Assembly (NCBI GenBank): GCA_002189035.1
Contig: NEEC01000015.1
Location: 62,001-126,000, forward strand
DNA length: 64,000 nt
Direction: 5' to 3'
DNA from: Utricularia gibba
Taxonomy: Eukaryota > Plantae > Magnoliophyta
Positions 23,809-38,644 of this stretch are shown piece after piece. Position 1 is the stretch's first letter; each line of letters opens with the position of its first letter. The notes under the pieces are model-generated. The model did no database searches. It saw only the letters and a list, made by a program, of their open reading frames with translations, and was not told where the DNA came from. The translations under genes were made by a program, and so were the position numbers.

Positions 23809-25478
23809 ATGTACGCATCAGATGCCGCCGGCGAGGAATTGGAGAGAACAGCTTTTCGAAAAGCTGAAAAGAAGTATAAACTTTATTATGACAATTCCAG
23901 AAGGTGTGGGCGTCCGTAATTTTTTTTGTACATGTATTCACGGCAAGAACGACTCACCCTTTTTCTGGTTTGATCAATTTCAGGAAGAAGGTACCAATGC
24001 CTGTTGACTTGTCTGAGGTTGTAGATTTTAAAGCAATTTTGGAGAATTATACTCGCAATGGTGAACTCCCGGGAGGGGTTTTATTGCTAAACTCAGGTTT
24101 TGATCGGCATGTCTTCTGCCTTGAAGACCGACCAGGTACGGAGGCTTTTTGCCGTATCTAAGGCGTTGGATCGGTGCGTTTTTGGGAATTAATTTTCTCT
24201 TTTAAATTTAGGTTTTTACTTTGTTCCTGGTGCATTAAGCGTTGAGGAGCAATGCCATTGGATAAAGGAGAGTCTGATAAGCTTTCCTCAGCCTCCCAAT
24301 CGAACAAACCATAATGCAATATATGGGCCTATAGAAGATTTGTTTACCTCAGCGACAACTGGGAAGGATTTAGTATTTGAAGAGAAAGCTCGAGATTGTG
24401 CTCATGTGGAGACTGATATTGGGCTAAGTTCTCCGGAGTGGAAAATTGTCGGTGATTTGGACGTTTCGAATGGGAAAGTTTTGCGAAAGTCTGCTTCTGT
24501 AATGCTGCGTAAGTTAAGATGGAGTACTCTTGGCTTGCAATTTGATTGGTCCAAGGTTTTTCTGGAATCCCTTTTAACTTGTTGCATTCTTGCTATCAAA
24601 TGACTTCGTTTTGTTCTGCCTTAATGATAAGTTGGCAACTGCGAGCACTTTATTTGGTTTTGTTTCATGTCGTCTTGAGTATTTAGCTTCCGTGTCAAAT
24701 AGAACATCCAGAAGTTGTTTTTTTCCATGCAGCGGAGTTATAATACTTCTCTCCCGCATAACAAGATACCTGATGCATTGTGCCTCCTGGCGCAAAGAAT
24801 GGCAGCACCTGCTATGCGACATGGTGATCAGTTCAAGCCCGAAGCTGCAATTGTGAATTACTTCGGACCAGGTTCATTTTGTTTCATGTAAATCTACCTT
24901 TTCTATTCTTTTGTATGGATGTTCTGATTTTCCATCTCTTCAGGTGATACACTTGGTGGTCACCTTGATGACATGGAAAAGGATTGGAGTAAACCTATTG
25001 TTAGCATGAGGTACGTTCTTGACTATAAAGAGTAATATGACCCCTGGTTGGTGTCTGATTCGTTGCGTGCGAATGATTTTCTTCGCTCAACAGTTTGGGC
25101 TGTAAAGCCATATTCCTTCTTGGTGGCAAGTCAAGGGTTTATCCACCGACTGCAATGTTCCTTCGATCTGGTGACATTGTACTCATGGCAGGGGAGGCGA
25201 GGGAATGCTTTCATGGTACTAATATTCTTTACCCTTCCCAGGATGCCTTTCAGTTGACAAAATGCTTGCAGGACTCATCTTTTTTGATATTTTGACAAAG
25301 ATGCATTCTTGACGGTTCTGACGCTGAATTCGTGCGCAGGTGTGCCTCGTATTTTTACGGATGAAGAACATGCCGAAATCACACATCTTAAATCACGGTT
25401 TGTGGAGAAGACGTTTGCCCTTTCTTAAACTACATGCGGACATCCAGAATCAATATCAACATCAGGCAAGTTTTCTGA
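23809..25478 (+). CDS. ALKBH1: AlkB/ALKBH1-like 2OG-Fe(II) dioxygenase, with an apparent 1-bp frameshift in the last exon
   Basis: MYASDAAGEELERTAFRKAEKKYKLYY..LRKLRWSTLGLQFDWSK..EAAIVNYFG..GDTLGGHLDD..ARECFHGVPRIF. The conserved RTSRININIRQVF* ending is out of frame after 25399-25401. Confidence 0.88.
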
Positions 25479-25609
25479 CCATTTTGCGTTGCACCTGAAC
25501 ATCATGCTGTGGTCACACATTGTTTATCTGGCAATCTGAAGACACATACAAGTTGAAACGATTTGTCAGTTGCCGGGTTCGAAGGCATTTGCACACATGC
25601 ATTTCGAAA

Positions 25610-26450
25610 TCAAGCCCACCCAAAGCGCACTACTGACCCCGGATCCGCAAGGTGGTGAAAAGATCATCAAATGGCCCAGCTCCCGTATGCGCATGTTGGA
25701 ACCAGGCACCCATCATAACCAACATCGCCAATCTCCCGTTCTTGATCTCCTCGCGCGCTTGGGTATCCAACATTGATTCCGGTGAGGGGATTGCTCACTT
25801 GGGTATGTTGCAGTGCTGGATGATATCCGATCTGATCTTCGTTGCGGATGATGCAGTAATGGATCGAGAGAAAATGGGTGAAATCTGTCTCAAGAACACA
25901 CTTCGGACACTGTTAGAACACCTGGCAGTCTGGTTCACACCAAAATAAATTGACCCACAAGTCTAATAGCACCACGAAACACTTCAATCCCACACTGCGA
26001 AGCCGGAAGAAATGAAGCACCGCGGTAACAGATCCAGATGGGGTTAACCCGTAGTCCGCTCACCTCAAGAGTCACGCTCGATTGTATCTGCCACACCCAA
26101 TTCCACACACGGAGACTTGGAGTTGTCGGATACCTCCCAAAAAAACAAAAGCCAGAAAGTCCCCCGTTAGACGATTGGGCCGCCTTCAAGCTTGCTCACT
26201 AGTAACTGCATCATTCCCGCCAAGTGGAAAACCATTCCACCCCCAACGGCCGGAGGGAGTGGTAAGGGAACATATGGCGTAGATTGAAGACATCAGATGT
26301 GTGGAGGCCAGGAGATTGGCGAACTATAAGCATTAGAGTGAACCAGTTCAATCTGTCTGGATCGGATCCTGTTAACATTTCCCGATGGTCGAAATCGCCC
26401 GGAAGGCCACCGTGAAACCAAGCCGGCGAACTCCTAATAGCTCGGTCTGA
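25610..26450 (-). pseudogene. Decayed light-harvesting complex I gene, Lhca2-like
   Basis: Scattered motifs in different frames: [74 protein letters not shown], then a frameshift to HLADPG. There are multiple stops and deletions. Confidence 0.85.
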
Positions 26451-26910
26451 CTGGATTATGCGGAAGAATGGACGGCGAATTTTCCGATTCTGAGCTTTGT
26501 CGTTGGAAAGAAGACTTGGTTGCCCACATGGTTGAACTGCAACGAAAATGCAGTCAGAAGTTGGGGGTGAGCGAATAGATGGTGTTTTCGAATCCTCCCT
26601 CGGATGAATCCATCCCAAAAAGGAAAACGTTGTTTGGAACGTGAATTCACCGCCGCTTCGGACTCGCATGTGCGCCATGACTTGGTGCAATTTTGATCGG
26701 CCGGTTCACAGGCCCCCCGGCGCAGCGGATCTCAGACTATGATCTTATCGTCTTCAGGAAAATAGCAATGCAAATCTAATACAACGTTGGCAATAAGAGA
26801 TTGGGAACAAAAAACTCGTTTGATAGACGACAGAAGTCTTCTGAAACAAGACGATAACCCAGGAACACATCACATTAGAAGCTATTTGGCCTGAAGGAGG
26901 AAGATTATTT

Positions 26911-28484
<1,574 letters not shown>

Positions 28485-28577
28485 AGCTGTTAGTGAGTAA
28501 CCCCGTTGCGGTGGCTTCCACTACAGATTTGGATCGTCGCCGGCCGTCTACAGAGAAAAACGTAGTGAAGTAGACGT

Positions 28578-28681
28578 AAACCCTAGATTATATATACTGT
28601 TGGGCTACCCATGATTTCCATGTTAATGGGCTCCAAGAAAATGGACAAACATTATGGATACGGGTTAGCCAACGAGGCCCA
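28578..28681. promoter_or_regulatory. Ribosomal-protein-type promoter module (telobox-like motif plus site II motifs)
   Basis: AAACCCTAG at 28578, TGGGCT at 28601 and 28627, and GGCCCA at 28676, 94-197 bp upstream of the RPSA ATG. Confidence 0.6.
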
Positions 28682-29151
28682 TATTTTAGAGGGCTCCACC
28701 CTTTCTTACCATTAACTGATCTGTGTTTTTGCTTGATCGAGAGGAAAAACATACTGGCGATATGATCATTCAATCGCTCCAACAAGGGAGCAATTTCAAC
28801 AATATCAGCAGTGGCAATACTGAGCTCGAAGCAGCTACATCGCATGAGGATCACTGTGGAGCTAATGCCTTTGAAGGTTATCAAGAGCTGCCCTGCTCTG
28901 TGTTGCCAATGCTAGAACGGTGCAAGCCCAATTCTAATGTAAACAAAACTTGTCCTATCTATCTATCTATCCATCTCGTTGTTTGTGAGTCTAGACCTTG
29001 CACAGCAGTACGAAAACCGAAAAACAAAAAAAGCTTATCTACACAACGGAATGGAACAGTCGATATGAAATGATACACAGATTGGGTCCATGATCAACAA
29101 ACTCCAGGGGACACCTGGAGCAGCTTTAACGCATGTAAGCAGCACTCGTCG

Positions 29152-30419
29152 TTACCAGCAGCAAGACGGCAGCTTGTGGGAGAAACACCAGGGTAGATGC
29201 CCTGTTCTCCGTATATAATCCGCCCGTTCGGAGGTTTTCAGCGCCTTTTTGTTGAGTTTGGCTTCGGCATTTGCGCGCCCTTCCTCAGCTATTCTCTGAA
29301 CAGTTGCCAGTTTGGTTGCACATCTCTCCTGTGCCCGAGTTTTCAGCCTCTCCGCTTTCGCCTGAGCTCAAAAAAATTCGTTCTTGGGCTAATAACGCAG
29401 GTGTCCAATTTCAGACATTCAATACTCATGAATTACGCGAGTGCAAAGAGACAGAATCTGCACCTCAACTTTACGCATCTCCATCTCCGCCTTCATCTTT
29501 TGATGATTTTCCCATGCTTGAATCTTCATCTCTTCACGCTTATACCTGTAACTCCACAACCACAACATACTTGGCACAAAACTACTGTTGACTATAATCT
29601 TAAACAGTGTAAGCCTGCACTGAGACATGCAGCTTGCGAATAAAGACAGATGATTGGATTCAATCTCGTGGGTGTTTTCCCCACTCACCTAGCCATATAT
29701 TTGGCGCGCTCAGCCTCGTCCCAAGCCGTTGCCCTGGTTTCCAATGGATTCGCAATGCTGCTCTGTTGCAAATCAAGCTTGGTTCCCAGGTGCCTTTCAT
29801 TATTACTAGTCACAACAACATGTCGTGTCCCGTTAGCCCACAGAGCCTCAGCTCCCTTCTCAACATTTGAAGTCTTGATCGGAGTAGATGACCCTGAAGC
29901 ATTAGGACTCCGAGTAGCCGGAGTGGTAGCCCTTATCGGAGTCGCTGTTCTGGATGGCTCCTGGCTCCCAATTGGTGTCATCTCAGTCCCCATATCCCTC
30001 ACAGAAACGCACCCAAGTTGAGCCTTGGAATTATGCACCCTTTTGTTTATCCTCCAGATCGACTCTTCGCATTGCACATTCTTTGTCTCCATGGCTAACT
30101 GATCAACTCCAGTTGAAGAAGCGTCGCATCCCTTTTCAGCCTCCTCCCCAGTTTCATACCCTTTGGGCGGCGTTATCAATCTCCGGTCATCGGAGCTGGA
30201 GTTTCTCGGCGACGCTTTTGTAGGAGGATTCTTATCCCTCTAGACATATTCACCAGCCATTTTTGAGCATCATCCCATTTCGAGGGAGTCGTTTGTTTCC
30301 ATAACGCCGTCCTGGGTTGAGAAGAGCCACGGGTTGCTCCTTTGCTTCTATGAAAATCGAAGTTTATACAACTCGCCCCTGAAAATTCCTGAGTTGTCAT
30401 GCTTTTCTTCTCCTCCATC
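29152..30419 (-). CDS. Remorin (At1g67590-like), with an apparent 1-bp frameshift in exon 1
   Basis: TPSKWDDAQKWL, SVRDMGTEMTPIGSQEPSRTATPIRATTP, RATAWDEAERAKYMARYKREEMKIQAWENHQK..DYIRRTGHLP..KLPSCCW*. Exons 30419-29689, 29545-29464, 29361-29152. The frame breaks at 30236-30238. Confidence 0.87.
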
Positions 30420-31560
30420 ACCTGCTGGAGTTGCATAAGAATGCCCACATGAAACCGAGGAAAGGGGAAATAATGCAGCCTCACTCCGAGCAAGCACACA
30501 GCGAGGTTACCAACCTGAAACTCCTCCAGAAATGACGCTCAGATCCACCGACTGAAGGAATAAGGCATCATCACCCACCAACATAATCCTTACAAAAGCG
30601 AGGTGAAAAGGCAAGTACGGCAGAGCAGTAAAAAAGAAAAAAGGAAATTTATCACGAACAAGACAATCAATATAAAGTGTCGCAGTGGTTCACTTCCGGA
30701 CTAAAACTCGAAACTTAGTTGGCACAGCAGGTCACCACCCACATCAGGAATCCGACAGGGACACCCTGTCAGACAATTTATCATGAAGATGTGTTCCCGG
30801 GGGCTCTCCATTATCACTAATAGCAATTTAGATTTTTCCATCCGGGAGACGGGAGCCGTGCGCAGTTTGCGCATCTGGCCTAGCCATCCGTCACAGTTTT
30901 TCCTCCATCCGGACGAAGGATGCTGAGGAGAAACATACATAGATCGGAAACGGCGGGGGCGGGCAGTCACTATTCAATGTTCTAACTAATTTTCCGACAC
31001 GATCTCGGGAAGAGAGCCACACTATCGCCATCATCTCCATGAGGGAGGACTAGCACTAGCGCCCTGCAACCCAGTAATAATAATAGCACTGGGTATGGTC
31101 TGGGAGACCTGCGAGCAGCACTCGAGTTGAGGCAACATTTACTCATGTAAGCTGCTTTCTTTGGTAATAGTTCATTTCAGAAACGTGTAATAAAGTAAGA
31201 CTTTTGATGAGTTCTGGGCTGGGGACATCACATGTGCTCGGGATATGGGCATGTGCGGTGGCAGATGGGATTGGGAGTGGAATTTAATTTAGTTTTCCAT
31301 TTTTTTATTTGTTGTTTATTTACTCCCAAAATAGGCTCCATAAACTGGGCCTGGGGCATCAGAATCGCATTTAAAATCTCCGAGTGGGATAGGAGATGGC
31401 GACCGAAGCCTGCCAGATGCCAACCGGACAAGTCCTTGCAGCCCCGGCCCGGCCCACTCACTGCCAACCTCACGCACAGCTCACCCCAGTGGGGCCCAAT
31501 TCACCATAATTGGGCAATTGTTTCCGTTGCTGGAGCGTACAGAGCCGTTGACCGTCTGCG

Positions 31561-34500
31561 ATGGCGTTTCTTCGACGCGCGAGCACGATTCAGGGGTTCA
31601 ACAGCAGCAGGCGAATCCATGAAGCTGTGACTCTCTGCAACGGGCGCCTTGGGAAAAGGGGTTTTTCGGGTGGGAATGACGGCGATGACTCACTGCTGCC
31701 TGTGATGATCGTTGGCGCTGGCCCGGTGGGGCTGACGCTTGCCATACTGCTTACTAGATTGGGTGAATTTTTCTTGCTTCTGAACTGTGTGCTCTAACCT
31801 AGTTTTTTAATGTCTCTTGTCTCATTGGGTTTCGTTCACGTGACTCGTTTCGTTTGGAGGGCTTCCGATGCCCCCAGTAATCTTTACATCTTTCACAATG
31901 GCATGCTTCAGCATGTACTGCATTTATGAAGATTGTAATGGTTTTGGTTTTAGAATACTCGCAGGGGTGAAATGCGCGATTTTGGAGAAGAACACTGGGT
32001 TTTCGAGACATCCGCAAGCACATTTCATCAATAATAGATCGATGGAGGTCGATGGTATTTCCTTTTATGTCGGTTTCTGTATTTAACGTGGCTTTATTCC
32101 TTGAAGTGGAGCTTTTGTCTTGAGTAGATTATTCATGATAGGTGTTCCGAAAAATAAATGGCCTGGCTGATGAGATTCTGAGACATCAACCACCCGTAGA
32201 TTCTTGGAGGAAATTCATATATTGCAAATCCCTCACTGGCCCCATTTTCGGATCGGTTGATCACATGCGACCTGAAGGTTATTATGTTTGCATTATGATG
32301 TTGCAGTTAACCCGAAGGTTACTGTTGAAACCATTCTTAAATGATTCACAATGCGATCCCTTCTGTCTTCCTGAGTTTTTATTTTTATTTTCAGTTTCAT
32401 GCCCAGTATTTTTGTTTTATCTGCAGATTTTGACCAAAGCTGGAGTCCGGTTTCTGTTGCTCACTTTTCTCAATATAAGCTGATGGGATTGCTACTCAAA
32501 CAACTTGATAATATTGGTTTTTCTGTAAGGAGTGATTACTCATTGGATACTGGCAACTGCAAACTTTCGGGGCGTGAAATTTTGTTGGGTCATGAGTGTG
32601 TATCTATCTGTGATGGCAAGGATGCTGTAAGTGTGACTGCACGTTTAACTGAGGCAGGAAGGCGGATGGAGAAAGTGTTCAAATGCAAGTTTGTCGTTGG
32701 CACTGATGGATCTGCAAGTATGGTCAGGAAACTCATGGGAATAGGTATGAGCGGTGAGGGTAACTTGCAAAACCTCATAAGCGTGCATTTTATGAGCCAC
32801 GATCTTGGGCAATACTTGATGAATGAGAGACCTGGAATGCTTTTTTTTGTGTTCAACATTGACGCAATTGGCGTTCTTGTTGCTCATGATCTCACTGAGG
32901 GAGAATTTGTACTTCAGGTGGAGTACATGCTCTTCCTAGTTCATGAGTATGCATTCTTATCATCTCTTACATTGAAATTTATAAGTATTTCCTAAATGGT
33001 TGTTGCAGGTCCCTTTTTATCCGCCACAGCAAGAGTTCAAAGATTTTGGCCACAAGGTAAATCTAAATTTTAGTCCCTGTTATTATAAAATATCCGAAAC
33101 TAGGATTTTCTAGATCAGTTTGCTTTTGGCTGCTGCTAAATAGATCTTTTTGTTTTCATTTTCATTTACCGTAGGCATGTAAGGAATTAGTGTTCAAACT
33201 TGTCGGTAGAGAGCTAGGTGACATAAATGTCTTGGACATCAAACCTTGGGTGATGCATGCCGAGGTGGCTGAAAGATTCTTAGCCTATGATAACAGAGTG
33301 ATACTGGCTGGTGATGCTGCTCATCGTTTTCCACCTGCAGGTGGTTTTGGTAAGTTGCTCATCCAACCCTTTGCTTTTATGCATTGTAATTCCTGTTGTT
33401 AGGTAGTGACTTTTTGTGCCCGTCAAACTTCTCAGGAATGAATACCGGTATTCAGGATGCTCATAACCTTGCCTGGAAGCTGGCTTGTATCCTGACAGGA
33501 ATCACATCATCATCATTTCTTTCGACTTATGAAACTGAGCGCAGACAGGTTCCTCTTTTTCATTTTTTTGTTCCCTGTTTGTGTGTATCGTCTTCTCTTT
33601 CAGTGTTGATTCTTCTCTTTGTTAGATTGCCATATTTAACACGGCTCTGAGCGTTCAAAATTTTCATGCTGCAATGGCCATTCCAGCTGCTCTCGGTCTA
33701 GATCCTAATATTGCAAATTCGAGTAGATGCAACCTTCTCTTCTGCTTATTCTATTCAATTCGTGTTGTTAGAATAATCTGTTTCTTTTGTTTTACAGTCC
33801 ATCGCACTGTAAACAGCTTGTTGGGTGCTGTTTTACCAACCAAATTACAAAGGATGGTCCTGGATGGAATATTTAGAATAGGTCGTATGCAGCTATCGGA
33901 TTCTCTGTTGAATGAGAACAATCCGTTGGGATCTTTAAGGCTTTCGAAACTGAGACGGGTATTTGAAGAAGGCAAAAGTCTTCAACTCCAGTTCCCAGCT
34001 GAGGACCTGGGCTTTAGGTACTGCATGGTGTTCCTTTTTGACTGAAAATTTTTCTTTTGGGTTGAGGCTTTTGAACTCAGCTGTTGGCACTTTCGATTAG
34101 GTATTGTAGCGGAGCTCTAGTACCCGAAACAGATGATTTATCTTCGGTCTCTTGTGAAGTGTCCCCTTCTGGACGCAGGAAGGAGTACATTCCCTCATCC
34201 GTGCCAGGATCAAGACTACCTCATATGGAGATTCAGCTATCATCCCCCAACTCCCCAACACGGTTAGCTAGTGTAACATCAGCACTTCTGTTCGTCTAAT
34301 TTTTTGCATTTGGTCTGACATCATTCGTTCTCTTCTTCAGCAGAATACCTTTTCAACACACGACCTTGGATCCCTAGACAATATCGAGTTCCTGCTTCTC
34401 ATTGCACCATCCGCAGAATCCTACAAGTTAGCTCAAGCTGCATTTAAGGTGGCCAGAGAACATAATGTCTCGCTAAAGGTCTGCGTGATTTGGCAAAGAA

Positions 34501-34745
34501 ATGCAGCTGGAAATGGCCGAAGTAACGTAGCTCTCTCACCGTGGACCAACTTTGTGGATGTGATTGAAGCTGGAAGTCGCCCTACTTCATGTTCCTGGTG
34601 GGATATCTGTGGGATAACAGATAAAGGAGCTATTTTGGTGAGGCCTGATGATCATACCGCTTGGAGAGCAAAATCAGAAATCTGGGGTGATCCAGTTTCG
34701 TTATTCAAGCAGGTTTTCCACAATGTATTACGGCCATCGCTGTAA
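31561..34745 (+). CDS. FAD-dependent monooxygenase (EMB2421/At1g24340-like)
   Basis: IVGAGPVGL (FAD binding), [60 protein letters not shown] and ILVRPDDHTAWR, across many exons. The N-terminus resembles an organelle-targeting peptide. Confidence 0.9.
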
Positions 34746-35015
34746 ACTGAATGAACATTCCCGAAGAAATTGAAGGTGCACTTCCAGCAATGCCACAGTA
34801 GAGTGAAAAAAATAGCTGCGAACTCGATGGCTACAAAGAATGTAACATTTGCAGAAAGCAACAGTATATTGGCTTTTTCTATCAAGCGAATATAACAACA
34901 AGAATAGACATTTACAGGAGATTACTTCTAGTTAGTTTACCTTAGGAAACAATGGTGACAGACAAAAAACGAGTGCAGCTCTTCCAAACAGTATAAGAAA
35001 CAAACCTTGTCGCTG

Positions 35016-38000
35016 TTACATGATGGTGCAATTACACTTGGACACCATCTTTGGAGGCATATGGCTGTTGCTCATGCTAGCCGGGGACAAAACAATCCTG
35101 GGAGTAGATTTCCCTTCATTTTCAGCTAGTACAGACTGAGGAGAACTTTGTTCCATTTCCAATTCCCTCTTCTGGGATTTGTAGCTCTTTGATATGCATC
35201 TTCCCATGGTGCGTGAGCGTATCTGCTTTTTATCAGAAATGGTTTTCGAAGAAAATGGTATAGTTATCGGAAATCCAGCTTCCGAGCTTTCTTTGTTGAT
35301 CGCAATGTTTGCAGCATTGTATGCAATGTCATGAACAATCGAACTGCAGATCAGGATCACATCCGTAGCTTCTTCTAAAGTGAGGCTTCTTGTCGTATCT
35401 TCTGAAACAGTAGTGACTATTTAGTGAGTATAAGGAAGACGTTACTTGAAAAGAAAAACATAAATGATCCATACCAAGGAAAGCATTCTCAGTGGTTGAG
35501 ACATGCGGCTGTTCACAAGATGCAGTTATATGAGCATCCTGCACAGCTGTGACCTTTTCAACCAGGTCATTCATACAGCTCTCTGATTTTGTTGAATCCA
35601 ATTCCGACTGTAAAATGTGTGACATGGTCTCCATTGTGCCTGGCTGTGGAACCTGAGGCTCAGCATCAGCGTCATCACAATTTGAACTTATTTTAGTATC
35701 TCCTCCCGGACTATATATTTTCGACTTTAAGGTTGACGTTTCTTCCTGAGTGGAATCCTGAGGATTTCTACTCCACTTATTTCCTGTCTCAAGAGGTGAT
35801 GGCTCCTCGGAAGTAGAAAACGAGACTCCAGAATCTGTGGTCTTACAGATTATACTACTTCCTTTATCAGTAGTACTTGCTTCAGTATTCTCGGAATTCA
35901 GGGACAGATGATGAGGAGATTCATGGGGCGCTACCCCTCTTCCAGCACTGCTTTTCTTTTCTCTAATAATCTCGAAGCCATCTTCAAGTGACAATGAGAT
36001 GGAGCTTTGGTGAGATGTAGATTCCCCACATCTGAAATTCTCAGTATCGGAGTTCTGCACCCGAAGTTGTCCATGTGCATGAGCCTCATTCGATTTATAT
36101 GATCCCAAATCAAAAGATGATAAAGCAGACACACTGCTATGCCCAACAGAGCTTCTTAGACTCGTTAGACTATCTCTCATGAAGGAGAAGTCATCAATAC
36201 TAGTGTTGCTTGCCGTGTAGCTCCTGTTTGGGATAATATGTCCTTGAGCTCCACTTGACCTTTTGAGCAGGAGTGACAATCCTTTTAGTTCATGGATATC
36301 AAATTTTGAGCCCAAGTAGAAGTCAGCCAGAAACTTTCCTTCATGGCAAGGTACACCATCTATACAGGGTTCCGGCTCCTCAGTTGATGATGGAGCTACA
36401 TTTTGACCCTTATGGGGAATGCTCTCAAAATAGTTTGCTTTCGTTGCACCAGTCTGAGAAATTGATATCCGTTCCGGGACTGAAATAGAGTGCTCTAAAA
36501 TGTCGAGGGAAACTATCCTGGTACTATTATCAATTGCAGTAGAATTTGCCTCTGCCATAGCTGTTTCCTCAGGAATGAATGACGGAATAGAATCCAAAAT
36601 CTTACACTTATGACAAAGAGGTTCATCTCCCTCTGTAACAATTTCTGCAGAATTTAATCTCCTTTGGCATCTAGAGCATACTTCCATATCTGATGCTCCA
36701 TCTATATTTACACCGGAGTGCAAAAATGCAGTGCTGCTACTCTCAGCAACAACTAGCTCTGATAAACCTGCAGGTGAATCATCCCTTTCTGGATTATCAA
36801 TTATCATATTAGGGACATCTTCGATCGAAGCTGCAGCTTTGTCCATAGAGAACACTTCGTCAATTGTACCAGGATGTTGCTGTTCCAAAAAGTTTCTGCT
36901 CATATCATCTTGCTTCTCATCAACTTCATCGATATCAAGTGCACGAATAGTAGCACCATGATCACAATTAGCGTTACTGCTAGTTGTGATTGAAGAATTT
37001 TTGGATACCAGAGAGTGAGATGGAGTGCCTCCTTTTCCGACATAAAATGTGGAGCTTGAAACATTAGACATCAAAGGCCGGAACATATTGTGAGGGCCCT
37101 TCTTGTCCTGAAAAAGAGTACGGTATTATAGGCAGAAATATCAGCAAAGAAAATGATGAGATAGCATTACAGCATATATGAAATTATCATCAGACACCTA
37201 CCAATTGTCGAAGTGCAAAGCTTTTGGGAGCAGAATTAGAGAAAACTTTAGTTGGTTTCTTCAAAACTCCAGAGGATCTGTTGTTTGGTAAAGCACAAAT
37301 ATCTTGTGGAACTGAGTAATCCGAGCAGCTAACAGGATTAGATGGCAGTGAATCTATATCATCATCTCTTGATGATGCAACTGAACCTTTACTGTAAGAG
37401 CTAAACGGGTCAATCTCATGACTATTAGAGGAACTCACACTTCTAGAAGCCGCTGGAGACATAGACTGCCTGCCAGATCCGGAATTCCTTGATGCTGGAG
37501 AGGACCCTCTTACATATGATCCTGGCCTATTAGCCAGTGAGGTACGAAGATTCAGAGGTGCCTCACACGAGAACCCAGGGATATCTGATTGCCAAGCCCT
37601 TGTTTTTGGCGATGCAGAGTTACCACGACTTGTCTTGACCGGCGAGATTCCTCTCCTAGCCTGAGCAGTACTAGCAGAACCAGTACTCATCCTTCTAGGA
37701 GTCAGTGCACCTGATCTCACAGCTAGTGTCGCAAGTTTACTTGGTGGTGGAGACAGCCTTCTTGATGGAGAAGTGTGGGGAAATGTAGGTGGACTACAAT
37801 GAGAGGCAGATGAAGGCCTGCTTCTTGACTGCATTTTTGCATTATTGGAACGAGGAGATGGACTAGGACGACGAGGACTCGGACTGCCTCTAACACTCCT
37901 GCTGCTCTTCTCCACCTACGGTTGCAGATAGTTGAGGGTAGGAAGGTAGCATAGATTTTCATTTAGCATAACCAGGTGACTCAAATCTACCTTACAAACC

Positions 38001-38644
38001 TGCGGAATCGGAACAGGATGACCTCTCGTCATACCCCTCATTTCATAATGTAGCCTCTCATCATCCAATGAGGGAAAGAGTGGACTTTCAGGAGGTGTCA
38101 ATAGCCTGAGTTCATTAGTGTAAGGAGAGATAAATAATTACAACAAGAATCTCATAGCATGAGCAGGAAAAAACAATTAAATGAAATCAGTACAGAAATC
38201 AATCATCAATCCAGAAAAAGGAAAACATCAATAATTAGACATCACGAGCGGATGAAAAACGATCAACCAGTCATAATCATTTTTGTCCACTGCGTTGAGG
38301 AGGTCACTACTCTCTCCCGAGTAACAATCGCGAACCCCTTGTGATCAGATGACTGCTTTATTCTGGATGCTGCTAGAACAAAACAAGGGGCATTTGTCAA
38401 CCAGTGTAATGCTAAAAGCCCAAAAGAGCATCATAGAGAAAAGGAGCGAGAACTTACCAAAGATGTCATCCAAGTCACAATTTGATTGAAGCAAATAATT
38501 ATCCCTTTCTTTGTTCTTCACCTCGTTGAACAGCGCAAGATCATCTTCCTTGTCATCAAGGGCGATCCTACGTCCAAGACTACGCCCTCGTTTAGGATTC
38601 GCAGTCCTTAGCTCAGAAATTTTTGGATTAGGCGATGGAGGCAT
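35016..38644 (-). CDS. At1g27850-like basic proline/serine-rich protein with a C-terminal CaaX motif
   Basis: [89 protein letters not shown]. Confidence 0.87.
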
